This document shows positions 28,885-42,492 of a DNA stretch of 64,000 nucleotides, in pieces. Positions within the stretch are counted from its first letter, which is position 1, and each line of letters begins with the position of its first letter. Made by a program: the position numbers and the translations under genes. The notes under the pieces were generated by a model. It was not told where the DNA came from and did no database searches. It was given only the letters and a program-made list of their open reading frames with translations. The stretch is from positions 434,001 through 498,000 of the forward strand of contig CM022674.1 in the NCBI GenBank assembly GCA_012295275.1. The letters run 5' to 3'. The stretch is from Chrysomallon squamiferum. Taxonomy: Eukaryota; Animalia; Mollusca.

Positions 28885-28916
28885 GCAGTACTAATATAAT
28901 AAGTATGTGGTATCAG

Positions 28917-29002
<86 letters not shown>

Positions 29003-29202
29003 ACACGTCAGTTCTCTGTATTATTAAGCTAATTTTCTGCGTGCGTTAAATAACATCATCACAATCATTTTCCTCATCATTATTAAATGGAGATATGAGT
29101 AAATAAATAAGTAATGTTTTGTTTCGATTATTTGGTCTGGTAATTTAGATATACTTTTCACAGAGAGAAAAAAAAATAATAATAAAACTAAAACAATAAC
29201 AG

Positions 29203-29237
<35 letters not shown>

Positions 29238-29325
29238 AAATGAATCAATTATTATAATAAAAAAAAATAATAATGCAAGGGACATAACTGTTAAATAATT
29301 GTTTTATTTTTAATTAGATTATGGC

Positions 29326-29367
<42 letters not shown>

Positions 29368-29932
29368 AGGTACCAATAGTAGTAATATAGTACTGATTGT
29401 AGTAATAGTAGAAGCAGTAACAGGAGTAGTTGTAGTATAATAGTAGTAGTAGCAGCAGCATTAATTGTAGTAGTAAATAAAATAAGTTCTGACAACTCTT
29501 ATTTTCAGATATTTAAAACATATATTTTGGATATGTGTATTTTCATAAATCTATAATACAGTGAGCTAGAACAAAACTTAGCCTAGCTCAGCTATCCACA
29601 GCCGACTTCAGCCGAGAAAAACCGAATATATCCGAATATATCCGAATAAACCGTAAGCTGAACAAATCAATTAAAGCAGATCAAATATATTACTTTACTT
29701 TCCATAATTTCTATAATATTCTTTTCTTTCATTCCGCTATATTTGTAGATTAACAGTGAGAGAAAGATCTGAAAAATTAGACTGACATAGTCATTTATAA
29801 ATTTTGGTGATAATTGAAATGATTTTATTAACAGAATAATTTTATTATCCCAGAATTATAAATAAATTATTTTGTTTCTTTTTCTTTGTTTTGTTTTTCT
29901 CTTTACCATATTTTCTTTGTCTTCATTTTATT

Positions 29933-30012
<80 letters not shown>

Positions 30013-31140
30013 TTAAAATCCTTAACATCGGAGTAGGCACAAAGAAAACGTAATAAAATGTAATAAATTAATAAATTAACACGAAATGAAAGAAAACAAA
30101 TTAAAAACACAACTAAAACCAGATTAAATAAACTGATTAATCAATAAAACTAAGTAATAAAATGGCAAAGAGACGGAAAATAAGAAGAAATTAAATTAAA
30201 TTTAAAAAAAAAAGAAGAAAAGAACAGGATGAAAAAAGAAAAGGAAAAAAGAAATTCAAGAACAAATTAATTTAAAACGAATTAATATATAAGTATTTTC
30301 TTTCTTTCTTTCTTTCTTTCTTTATTTCCTATCGTTTTTTCCTATCGTATCATTTCAGTCGCTTTGTTTATTTTTCCCATGCCGCACGAGGCCACGGGGT
30401 CAGCGCATTCCAGCGCACGTGACACGTAATTTATTAGCTCGCGCAGGTCACAGCGCGTGATCGGTAATTGCTGATACCTCGCGAGGTCGCGACACACAGC
30501 AGGTGATTCATTGCGCGATCCAAAATAGTTCCCACTGTATTTATCTCAATGAGTCATATTCTTGCATTGTGGTTTATCGATCTGCAGCTGAAAAAAAAAA
30601 AAAAATAATAAATAAAAATAAAAAAAATAAAATAAAAAAAATAAAATAAAACATCCCTACCACAAAAAAGACAACAACAGCAACAACAACGTTATTGTAA
30701 CAAAAAGGAAGGAAAAGGCGGATGATTCATGAATATGGCGACATGAAATGACACACCAGCATGCGATATTTTTAGTTAGAAACGGTGGAGAAAATAATGA
30801 AAGAAAGAAAGAATGAATGAATGACTAACAGAACATTTGTGTGGCAGTATGAATGAATGAAAAGAATGAATATCTATTTATTAAAAAGTTAAAAAAATTC
30901 TTCGAATATTAAAACGTGGAGATTTTGTTTTTTTTTTTTTTTGAAGAAGAAAATAATATTTGAAGAAGTTACTCATTATTAACCACATTTGACTGTTTTG
31001 TTTGTAACATATGGAATTCAACTGCACGTTATGTCGTTAGAATGGTATCAGAATGAGTATGCAACGTTACAGGAACAACAACCACAAGAATAATGATTAA
31101 AATAAAAGAAGAACAAGAATCAGAACAACATACCAGCAGC

Positions 31141-31171
<31 letters not shown>

Positions 31172-31741
31172 TTAATAATAAGTAGAATTTGACTCAACGT
31201 AAACAAAAAATTAGTAGCAGTAGTAGTTGTTGTAGTAGGTGTATGTAATAAAATCGGTTCTAGTAGCAGTGGAAATCGCAGTAGTAATAGTAGTTGCCGC
31301 AGTGGTAGTGGTATCGGCAGTAGGAGTAGGACACGTTGTAGTTACTAAAAATCGGGTTTCTCACGACTAGTTCCGAAGTGCTTTGTCTACAGCGATTGTT
31401 TCTTTACGGAAAGGTATCAGTTAACAATAGCTTACGTCACCTTGACACCAGGCATCTTATTATAACAATAGTACATTAGTGAGAACAAATACATTTATTT
31501 CTTACTGTTTGTTCAAATGTTTGACTGAAGATTTTATTTTTCATTCTTTTCAAATTTTTGACAACTGTTTGTTACTGATTTTATTTTCAAATACCAACAC
31601 TGCGCAAAAAAAAAAAAAAAAAAAATCGAAAAACAAACAAAAAAAAAAAACAAGAAAAAAAACATAGATACATAAATAGCTTGCCCACCCTCCCCAACAC
31701 AAACACACACCCACTTTATATCGTCAGCACAACACATTTTT

Positions 31742-31774
<33 letters not shown>

Positions 31775-32361
31775 TAAACCTATTTTTGTATGAAATATCT
31801 TTTTCCTCTATTCTATTTATTCTTATTTTAATATCACAAATACATCCCATAATCTTGTGCTCATAAACCGTATCACATTATTGTAATCTCGTTTCATTTT
31901 TTTTAGATGTCTTTTGCAAACCCTTGCTGTGTAATATTTAATATAAAGTCAACACTATCTTGATATTTGGTTTGGGAAATAAAAAATAAAAAAAAATAAT
32001 AATAATAAAAGCAGGAGAAATAGAAAAGTAATGAGCAAGTCGTGCAAAATTAGTTTCGCCTCGATTTCACAAAAGAAGCAATCGCGCGTCGCACGTGCGG
32101 TCAGTCCCGGTACGTGATCGGAGCAGATTTAATTACGGGGCAGCCTGCCACGCATGTGAAATAAACCTCAATATGGCCGGTTTTGTGAAATAGTTGTAAT
32201 CTTAAAATTGCATGCTTGGACATGTTTGTGGTTTTTATCAGTTTCTCCACTTGTTTAACCAGATTGTGCACGTATTTGTGTATACACATGCGCGTGAAAT
32301 TAGTATTTAAGGATAGAATTTAAAATAGGAAAATATACGGAATAACAGATACATCGAAATT

Positions 32362-32432
<71 letters not shown>

Positions 32433-33284
32433 GAAACAGCGTTAAAAAATAACAAGAAAACAGTAAAAAAAAAAATATAATAAAAAAAAAATATATAAGA
32501 AACGAAAATTTGCTGCATCGAAAACAGATGTAACACCTGTACACACCCGGAAAAATAATCCACTTATGTTTTACGTTTTATAAACATGAGTCACTGGGAA
32601 CAGTGAGATAAACCCGTCGTGTAAACGAGATAAAATTGCAAAATAAAATTTCTTAAGGGCTTTGGTACTCGTATAAATGCACTCAAGATTTAGTTTATTC
32701 AATCGACGAATTCCGGAGACAGTTTAAACAGATCGACTGGTATCAAACCCTGAAGGCCACGTTTTAATTACCGGGGGAAGGTAATTACCGGCAGAAAAAC
32801 CGGTCCAATTAATCAAAGTGATAGGTGAATTCATTTAGCTGTTATTTTATTTATAATTGTTTGCTTAAAATATTTGCCAGTTAATGTTTTATTCTTATGG
32901 TTATTTTTTTCTTTATTCTCTTATTCTTGTTGTTGTTGTTTTTTTTAGTTATTGTTATTTTTATTGTTTTAGTTCTTGTTATTATTGTTATTGTTGTTGT
33001 TGTTGTTGTTGTTGTTGCTGTTGTCGTCGTTGTTCTTGTTAATTGTCACATCAAAATCACAATCATTTGGAGAGAAAGTAAAATAATAATTCACAAGATG
33101 AAACGAAAAAGAAATAATTTGGTTGGAACGGGAAACAGGCGCTCAAATTAACAGATGGCGGCATTAATACTGGTGGGTGGAGTCTGGGCTGGGTTTTCAT
33201 TAAACACGCAAATCTTTCAACAGGACAGCGTGCAGTTTTATAAACAAGGGCGTACCCTTCATTCCGTTTTCTTACTTCTGTACA

Positions 33285-33663
<379 letters not shown>

Positions 33664-34877
33664 GTTTTTCCCCGTCTAACTCTTTTTTACCTCAACCACC
33701 CCACCTTGGTCTTCGTGATTCGCCGCTAAGAGCGAACAAACGACAATAGTTACAACAGCCTCTTTAGCTGTGTTGAATGAGAAAACGATCTGTTTGCGTT
33801 GTCAGTGCTGTGGTAACTTTACCCGGGCGAAAACCAGCATTCACTCCGCGTGCAGCTATTGAAGCACAGAGCTGACCCTTCGTCTTCACTCCAGAACGTC
33901 AGAACAGGCAGACACACACAGACACACAGACACGGGTGTGTGCTTCTGTCCACGGCAAGGTATCGACGTAAGTTATGCAGGTAAATAAACGTTCACCTGA
34001 CAGGCACACAGTCCCACGGAACTCGGGTTTCACTGTACACATTCCGTGCACCGAAGAACTTGTCTGCTGACGTTTTCGTATGTCATGTAAATAATGTAAA
34101 TAATGTTATGTAATTATTTGAAATGTATGTGAGTGTATGGTGTATGTGTGCCTGTATGTACGTGTGGATGTATGGCTATATACGCATTTTATGTATGTAT
34201 GAGTAGTGTATGTATTTATGTATCTATGTATGTATATCTGAATATGTGTTATTATTTATTTTATATATATATTTTTTTAATTTTACTTTGTTGTTGTTAT
34301 TGTTGTTTTTAATTAAAAGCTAATATGAATATAGTATATAACACTCCACTTACTGAAATAACATATATACAGTAGTAAATACATATCTGCATATAACACA
34401 CTCATATATAAATAGATATACTACTATAAATAGTTCACAATGTACTTAGGATGACTGGCCTAATTAATTTCATGTTATTTACAAGATATAACTGTCGTTA
34501 ACAGTTACATATGTTTAAAAAAAAGTAAATAAATAAAAAATAAATAAAAAATAAATAAAAAATAAAAAATAAATAAAAAATAAAAAATCAAGATAAGGAG
34601 GACATACGCGGAATAACATTTTTCACTTCCTCATTGTGACGTCATTTCACAGACAATTTGTATCCCCGCGGTTTCCTGAGATAACAATCACTACAAACCA
34701 CTTATGTTAATAAATATAACATTCTTTATCGTCATCATAAAAATAGTTTTAAAAATATTTAACAACTATATATATATATAGATAGATAAATAGATAAATA
34801 AAAGAAAAAACAACTAGCTTTCAAATATGTAAATAACTCTCATATGAGCTTAAATATTTTATCTTGACTGATTACTG

Positions 34878-34973
<96 letters not shown>

Positions 34974-36629
34974 CTATTTCTATTATTATTTCTGTTATTA
35001 TTATTATTATTTTGAATACTTATGTATTATGTCCAATAATTTCATTTTGATGAGCAGTTTTCAATTCTAATAATAATATCAAGATAACAAGTAATTAGAT
35101 TACATCAGATATATTTAAATAATAAAATCTAACAAAAACCCAGCAAATGATATTCTGATATGAATAACAGCTATAAAGGTATTTTATGAGAATTTTTCTT
35201 ATGTATATTTATGTAAATGTACATGGTTATCTCAAATGAAATCGACTCCATTATGTAAACTTAGAAACATGCTTTTCAAAACAGCGCCATGGAATTAATA
35301 ATTTATGTAGAAAACTTGAATGTGCAAGTATATATATATATACATATACATATATACATACATACACACATGTAAAACTGGAGAGAGAGAGGGGGAGAGA
35401 GAGGGGTGAGACAGAGAGACAGAGAGAGAGAGTTTGTGTGTGTGTATGTATTTCTGTTTGAAATACGTCTGTTTGTACATTTGATCATTTATTCATGGAT
35501 CTGTCTGTCTGTCTGTCTCTGTGTGTGTGAGTGTGTGTGTCTGGATATATACAGGTGCATATACAAATCGTATGCATGTGTGTTTCTATGCGTTTGTTTG
35601 CGTGAGTATATGTGTGTGTGTAGCTCTGTCTTTTTGCATGTATGTAATATATGAATGAATAATTAAACAAAAAAGAAACAAACAAACAATAACAACTATA
35701 ACAAAATATATAAAGAAAGAAAGAAAGAAGGAAATAAAGATGAACAAAAAAAAAAAAAAAAAAAAAAAAAAAACACACCTCCTGCTTTAAAACAAAAACT
35801 TTCTAACCTGTTTATTAAACTAAAAGCGTGAGAAAAGAAAAGATTAAAATCGGACCTCACCTAAGACTTTTTCCATTAAACCCTGTAACCATGTTCAGTT
35901 TAGCCTTTCACTCTTTACATTTTTTCTTCCTTTTGGTCGTTTTTATTGCTCGCGATTATTTAAAAGATCAAAAGAGGATGACGACGAAAAAAAAATGATA
36001 AAAAAACAAGAAAGAAAAAAAATTAGCCTTTTGTCCCATAACAAGGTCACTGGTATTGAGGACGGATGCACTATGTAAATGTAGTTTTGTTTTTAAGGCA
36101 TGCGCAAACATTACAGTCTAAATTTGGCTTCTATCGGTACCGAAGAATTAAAACATAAATAAATAAATAAAAAGAAAAAGAGAGAAAGAAAACCAAATAG
36201 GAAAGAAACAACTGTTTCAAAAAAATAAAATAAAACAAAACAAAATAAATAAATAAATAAATAAAATAATAAAATAAAATAATAATAATAATAATAATAA
36301 TAATAATTACAAATCATTTTTCAGTTTCTAAGCTATTTAAATGATACAATTGAATATTATTTGGCAACATTCTAAATATTAATTAATAATTTGAAAAATA
36401 ATTACAGATAATTACGTACTTACACGCACATACAGACAGAGATACATTCATACATACAACCTTTTGATGTTTCCCGCAAAAAGAAGAAAATTAAAAATCG
36501 TATAAATCTGCATCCAAAATATTTAGTTTCATTCAATTATGTTTTTATATAAAAAACAAATTCTCTTCTTTTTCTTCATTCCTTTTAAAAAAAAAAAAAA
36601 AAAAAAAATATATATAGGCTATCAAGTAA

Positions 36630-36680
<51 letters not shown>

Positions 36681-36938
36681 AAGAAAAATAAAAAGAAAAC
36701 ATGAAAAAACCCATTAATTTAATTCATTTTAAGCAGTAGGTCACCCTGTAAATGTGCAATAAATTCTGGAGTCTATTGTGTTGTTTTGTGCACACAGTAA
36801 ATTTTACCTAATTTTCAGCATCAAATTTGCATTCTAAACGTGGGAAACAGCATCTGACGTTTCCTTGTCAACCCGCGACAGTCAAAGTACACACAGATGT
36901 ATGGACTGTCTGTTAAATAATTTTCTTTCTCTTTTTTT

Positions 36939-36998
<60 letters not shown>

Positions 36999-37129
36999 GC
37001 GATTGCTGTGGTTGTTCTTGTTAATGTTGTTGTTATTATTATTATTACGGTTATTACTGATGACACTTTTTATTATTGTTCTTGTTGTTGCTATTATTTA
37101 TTTGTTTGTTTTATTATTATTGTTATTGC

Positions 37130-37199
<70 letters not shown>

Positions 37200-37404
37200 T
37201 AATTAATTAATTAATTTATTTATTTATTTTATTTTATTTTTTAATTTTCTTAACTGATTTGTCTTGAAAACGAAAGATTTGTTTTTAATCCTATGCCTTT
37301 GAAATAAAAAAAAAGGCCAAAAAAAAAAAAACCATTTCGTTTATATATTTTTCTTCTTTTCCATTATTATTTTTTTCTTGCTTTCTTTCGTTTTTATTCT
37401 AGCA

Positions 37405-37436
<32 letters not shown>

Positions 37437-38899
37437 CGATTATTTATTCCTTTTTTTTATCCCTTTGGGACGAAAATTTCAAGAAAAAAAAATGAAAAAG
37501 AAAGAAAGAAAGAATCTGATTTTAGTTTAAACACCCGATCAGGTTTCCGAAATGTTTTAGTGCGTTGTAAATTAACAAAGAGAATTCCAAGCCAAAGCTG
37601 TGACAAATCTGACTGTCTTCCTCAAACAAAGAATTTATGTCAGAGTGTCTGATGCATGGTACACCTAGCATTTTATCATCGAAGGTAAAAAACGAGGAAA
37701 TGAGGCTTGAGAAGCTGATGATAGCAGAATCTGATAAAAAAAAATTAAAAAAAGTGAAACGTTTTAAGACCAGCGTCTTTCTCGTTCGTCCTTTTCTCCG
37801 ATTTTCTGAATCATTTCTCTGTAGGTCGCATTTTTTTTTCTCTCTTTATAAAAATTGTGTTCGTTATTTCTCAGTGCGTACTGTTTTTGTATAATATATC
37901 ATTCACTCTGTGTTCACTCTGTTTCTTTCTTTCTTTCACTTTCTGTCTCTTTCTGAATCTTTCTTTCTATCTCTCTCTCACTCTAGCTCTGTTTCTTTCA
38001 CTTTTCCTTGTTTCTTTCTCCTCTTTCTGTCGCTATCTTTCTTTCTATCCCCGTTTTTCTAACTGTCTCTCTCTGTCTACTTATCTATCTACATATCTAT
38101 TTATCTATTTGTTTATCCATCTCTCTCTCTCTACTTATCTACCGATCCATCCAGCCAACCATATCTGATTAGTCTTCACTGAAACACAAAGACAAGAACT
38201 GGTTTGGTTACAAATACATTATCACCACTTCCTTTATATCTCCTTCTCCTCCTCCTTCTTCTTCTTCTTCTTCTTCTTCTTCTTCTTCTTCTTCTTCTTC
38301 TTCTTCTTCTTCTTCTTCTTCTTCTTCAGGTAAATTCACTAATATTACTCCTGTGAGATCCTTAAATACAATTATGTCACTCATGGAAGACATTTGATTA
38401 TTCGCGGTCTTCTGCTGCTCTGACTAATTGCTAAAAATATGTTTTTGTTCCCCTCCTCCCTTCAAATCACTGCCGCCTCAATTTGACAGCAATCCCGGTC
38501 CTAAAGCATTCCTGGGATGATGCCCAAAATAAGTCTTGCATGAAACGTTCTGAAAACTCGGGGTGCTACGTAATCGTTTTTGTTTGAAAATCAGCTCCCG
38601 AACTATTCGTGGATCTCTTAGACGTGGACCTCAGGTACTCGATCCAAAACTTCTGTATGACGTAATTCTGAATGGTCCAAAACACGTTTTCCTTCTTTTA
38701 CATCAAAGTTCCCTGTTGTACAGTCCGATGTTTAGGACGTTGGTCTACTCTACGTGGAGCTGAAACCACAAAAAACAAAACAAAAAAACAAAAAAACAAA
38801 ACAAAAAAAAACAAGGGATAAAAACAAACAAAAACATAGAAAAATATATATATCTATTGACTCGTGTAAAATATCTGTTATATTTATGAGAAATATTTT

Positions 38900-39285
38900 C
38901 TACTACTACTAATAATATTAACAACAACAACAGTAACAACAAAAACAAACAAACTAATAAACAAATACATAAATAAACAAATAAATAAATAAACAAATAA
39001 ATAAACAAATAAATAAATAAATAAATAAATAAATAAATCTTCCTACTTTGTCATTTGCAGACATCTCGCTGACTTCAAACAAAAAAAGTTTTGTTTTCAG
39101 CTGACAGTGAGAACTGCAACGTGATCAAGATGACACTGATGTTGTTTTGATTGAGTTGTCAAAACTGTGGCGTCGATAATACTTTAACGTCAACAATGCA
39201 GTGACAGCGCTTAAAACAGAATGAACAGGATTATAGTTACTCTCGAGTCTTTAAGTTCATACGGTAAGATTTTTGATGTTGTTGC
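38900..39285 (+). repeat. Copy 1 of an inverted duplication (partner 49170-49520)
   Basis: aaatcttcctactttgtcatttgcagacatctc...ttttgttttcagctgacagtgagaactgcaac...ttgagttgtcaaaactgtggcgtc...atgaacagg...ctcgagt...ggtaagatttttg is the reverse complement of 49170-49440. Confidence 0.92.
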
Positions 39286-40239
39286 TGTTGTTTTTGTTGT
39301 TCTTGATGTTGTTGTTGTTGTTCTTCTTCTTCTCATTATTTTCATTTTATTTTGTATTTTTTATTTTTTTTAAATTAAAGTTACATCGGCAACAGTACGC
39401 GATAGTAATATTCTGATATGATCGTTTTGATGTAATTATCTCTCAGATTTATTAGTTGCATCTTAAATAATGGGATATGGACAAAAAGAAAACATACGAT
39501 TTATTGTAATTTTTAACTAAATTTTGGATGTATGTAATTGTTTTTTATGAGATCAAGAGAATGAATCTGACAGACGTAGATATACATAGATAAAGAGCCA
39601 ATGACAAAAAAAGGATCTATACCACTGTAAAACTGAAAGATTTTTGTTTTTCTTGGGGTATCAATATCCAAAACAGTGAAAAGCACGTGCCTCTTGAACA
39701 ACCGCAACTGCACGTGCAAATGGGATACAGAAATGGTTTGGAAGACATGTCTCACAACCGTAGTAATAAATAAATAAATAAATAAGTAAATAAATCAATA
39801 AATCACCGGAGGACATTCAGGAATGCTTAGTGTGTTGCTGTAAGCCAGGTATGTGACAACATTTTCAAAATTATTAATTTCCTAAAACATTATACATCGT
39901 TAGAAAGAGAGAAAAATTACTTTATAAATGACACCAAGATCTCTTTGATAGCACTGATACAAAAAACGTTACGAATCTTTTCCCAGAATAAAATTTGAGG
40001 TTATTTTTTTTTCTTTATAATATGTTGACAAATTGTGATCCGTTTCTGTCATTTTGCAGTATAAACACTGAACATCTCACATAACTTGAATCCACTTTAC
40101 ATGTATTATATAGCAAAATGAAGCATTTTTATGAGTTCTAAACCTGTACTGTATTTCTAAACAAGTTGCTTAAACACATGAATTTTAATTAATTAATTAA
40201 ACGAACTATTTTACCGTATGCCAATGTTTGTAAACGCCA

Positions 40240-40760
40240 GTCTGAGCCAATCAGAAAGCGCCGTTAACGTCACGTGACCTGAATTGACCTGTCGTTATCG
40301 ATTCTCTGAAGCGCGGGCTTTGTGTCCGAGTTACGTCTTCAGTATTTCTCAACAATTAAATGTATTGAAATTAAGCACAACAGTAGTTAATAAGCATATC
40401 TATACTGAGAACATTCTCTGATTGTTTGACTACCCAAAATTTGTCCAACGATCGATGGCTTTGCTGACGTTTTCAGAAAGATTCTTTTTCATCAAAAATT
40501 TGATAAACTTCTCCTTAATCAATAATAAAAAATCGGATGTGAAGTTGTAGTAAGATGTGTGTACTACGTCATCAAACTAAGTTTCTTTTAAAAAAAAGGT
40601 TTCAGATGGACAGACAGACAGACGGGAAGTTTTGAAGAAGACGTTGAATCTGTGCACTCTGGCAAAATTCTCGCGAGATCGAAATGTTTTTTTTTTTTTT
40701 TGCACATACTTTTGATTGGCAGTAACATTTCTCTGATTATTAACATGGCGATCTGTCATC
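40240..40760 (+). promoter_or_regulatory. Housekeeping-type promoter motif cluster with no associated protein gene
   Basis: AGCCAATCAG (CCAAT 40247), GTCACGTGAC (40269-40278, USF/TFE-type), TCTCGCGAGA (40669-40678), ATTGG (40715) and AACATGGCG (40742-40750, YY1-type). Confidence 0.45.
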
Positions 40761-41552
40761 AGCAGATTTAACCAGCTTACGCATTTATCTCAGGAACCGT
40801 CGATCATTCCTGTTCTGCAGTAACCATCTTGTAGCAACCAGACAGACAGACAGACAGACAGACAGAGACAGACAGACAGACAGACAGGCAGACAGACAGA
40901 CAGGGCAGACATCAAGAAGAGGCAGCCTCACCCAGTGATGACCGGTAAACGTCTACCTTGCATCTGCGTAATCACTTCCTGACAGTGACGTCATCAGCGA
41001 CGACTGCTTTAGGTCAGAGAGTTAGTTAGCCAGGGAACACGGGGTTCACTGAATAAGAGTTTACAGATCTTCTTGATAAAACGTCTCCTGAGACTGGGAC
41101 TGGCTCTCACTGTGCTACGTGGACTTGACGTGACTGGCAGAGGGTAAAAGTCACTCATGAAAGCAAGTTGTGTTTGTCTGTGGCCAGAACCAGGCAGCAG
41201 TGGTCATCGTTAACGGGAAACTTGTCACCTAACCGTTACATCGGTGACGTTCTCCGACAACAGCTTCGGGATATCATTTATCAGCATCACAGCGTCAGTC
41301 CATACACGGCCAGAATCATATAAAATGCCATCTCAGTAGCGTCCTTCTGATCTCTTCCCCGCCATAGAGTGTTTTTCTACCATTTTCAATACCTTTTACT
41401 TCTTCATGCTGTTTTTCGACTAGATTTAAAATTATGGTAAGCTTAAGGTGTTTTTTTTTTCTTTTCTTTTTTTCCCCTTATGTATGTTTGTGTATATATA
41501 TATACACACACACATTGATACACACATATAGATACATTTACATGTGTGTGTG

Positions 41553-41586
<34 letters not shown>

Positions 41587-41945
41587 CACACACACACAGA
41601 CATGCAAATGTATCTATATGCGAACGTAAGTATCAATAGCAACAAATGAAATGCACTTGTTCGCCTTTTACTTAACGACCCTTAAAACCATAAAACTAAT
41701 CCCATCCTCATTAGGTCATCCCGCACCCCCTAATTCCCGCCTCGCCCGCAACACCCATCATCTGCCTCCCATTAAAAGATTTAGTCAGCACAAGTCGAGC
41801 TAATTCGTCCGTCCGTACATCATAAGATCAATGAGCCCAGCGGGCTGCCGGTAAACAACGAGCTTAGACCCGTAATTATAGGCGTCCCGAGCAAGACGCG
41901 TGAAATTGTCGTATCCTTATTGCTACAAACCGCCGTACCTCGAAA

Positions 41946-41991
41946 CCGTAACGACACCGCAACGACACCGTAACGACACCGTAACGACACC
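41946..41991. repeat. 11-bp tandem repeat (ccgtaacgaca) x4
   Basis: Directly visible at the end of a GC-rich island. Confidence 0.85.
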
Positions 41992-42096
41992 GACATCAAA
42001 CGAGCGGATTAAACTGATGTGAATAAAACGAGTATTAATCACCGACTTGCGAGAAGTGTGTTGTGCGTGTGTGCGTGTTTGAGAGAGTGAGAGAGA

Positions 42097-42140
<44 letters not shown>

Positions 42141-42337
42141 GAGGAGAGAGAGAGAGAGGGAGAGAGAGAGAGAGAGGGAGAGAGAGGGAGAGAGGGAGAG
42201 GGAGAGAGGAGGGCTGAGACTATGAAATTAAAAACAAAACGAAAGATGCAGTAAGACAGAAAAATAAAATAAAATACAGAATTTTGCAAAAAAATGAAGA
42301 TAGAACGAAAAAACGAAACAGAAAGAGTGTGTATGCA

Positions 42338-42408
<71 letters not shown>

Positions 42409-42420
42409 AGATGTTATCTG

Positions 42421-42492
42421 TTTATGTGTATGTAGGTGAGTCTTCATGTGGGTGTTTATGTGTATGTAGGTGAGTCTTCATGTGGGTGTTTA
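42421..42492. repeat. 34-bp tandem duplication (tttatgtgtatgtaggtgagtcttcatgtgggtg) x2
   Basis: Directly visible. Confidence 0.85.
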
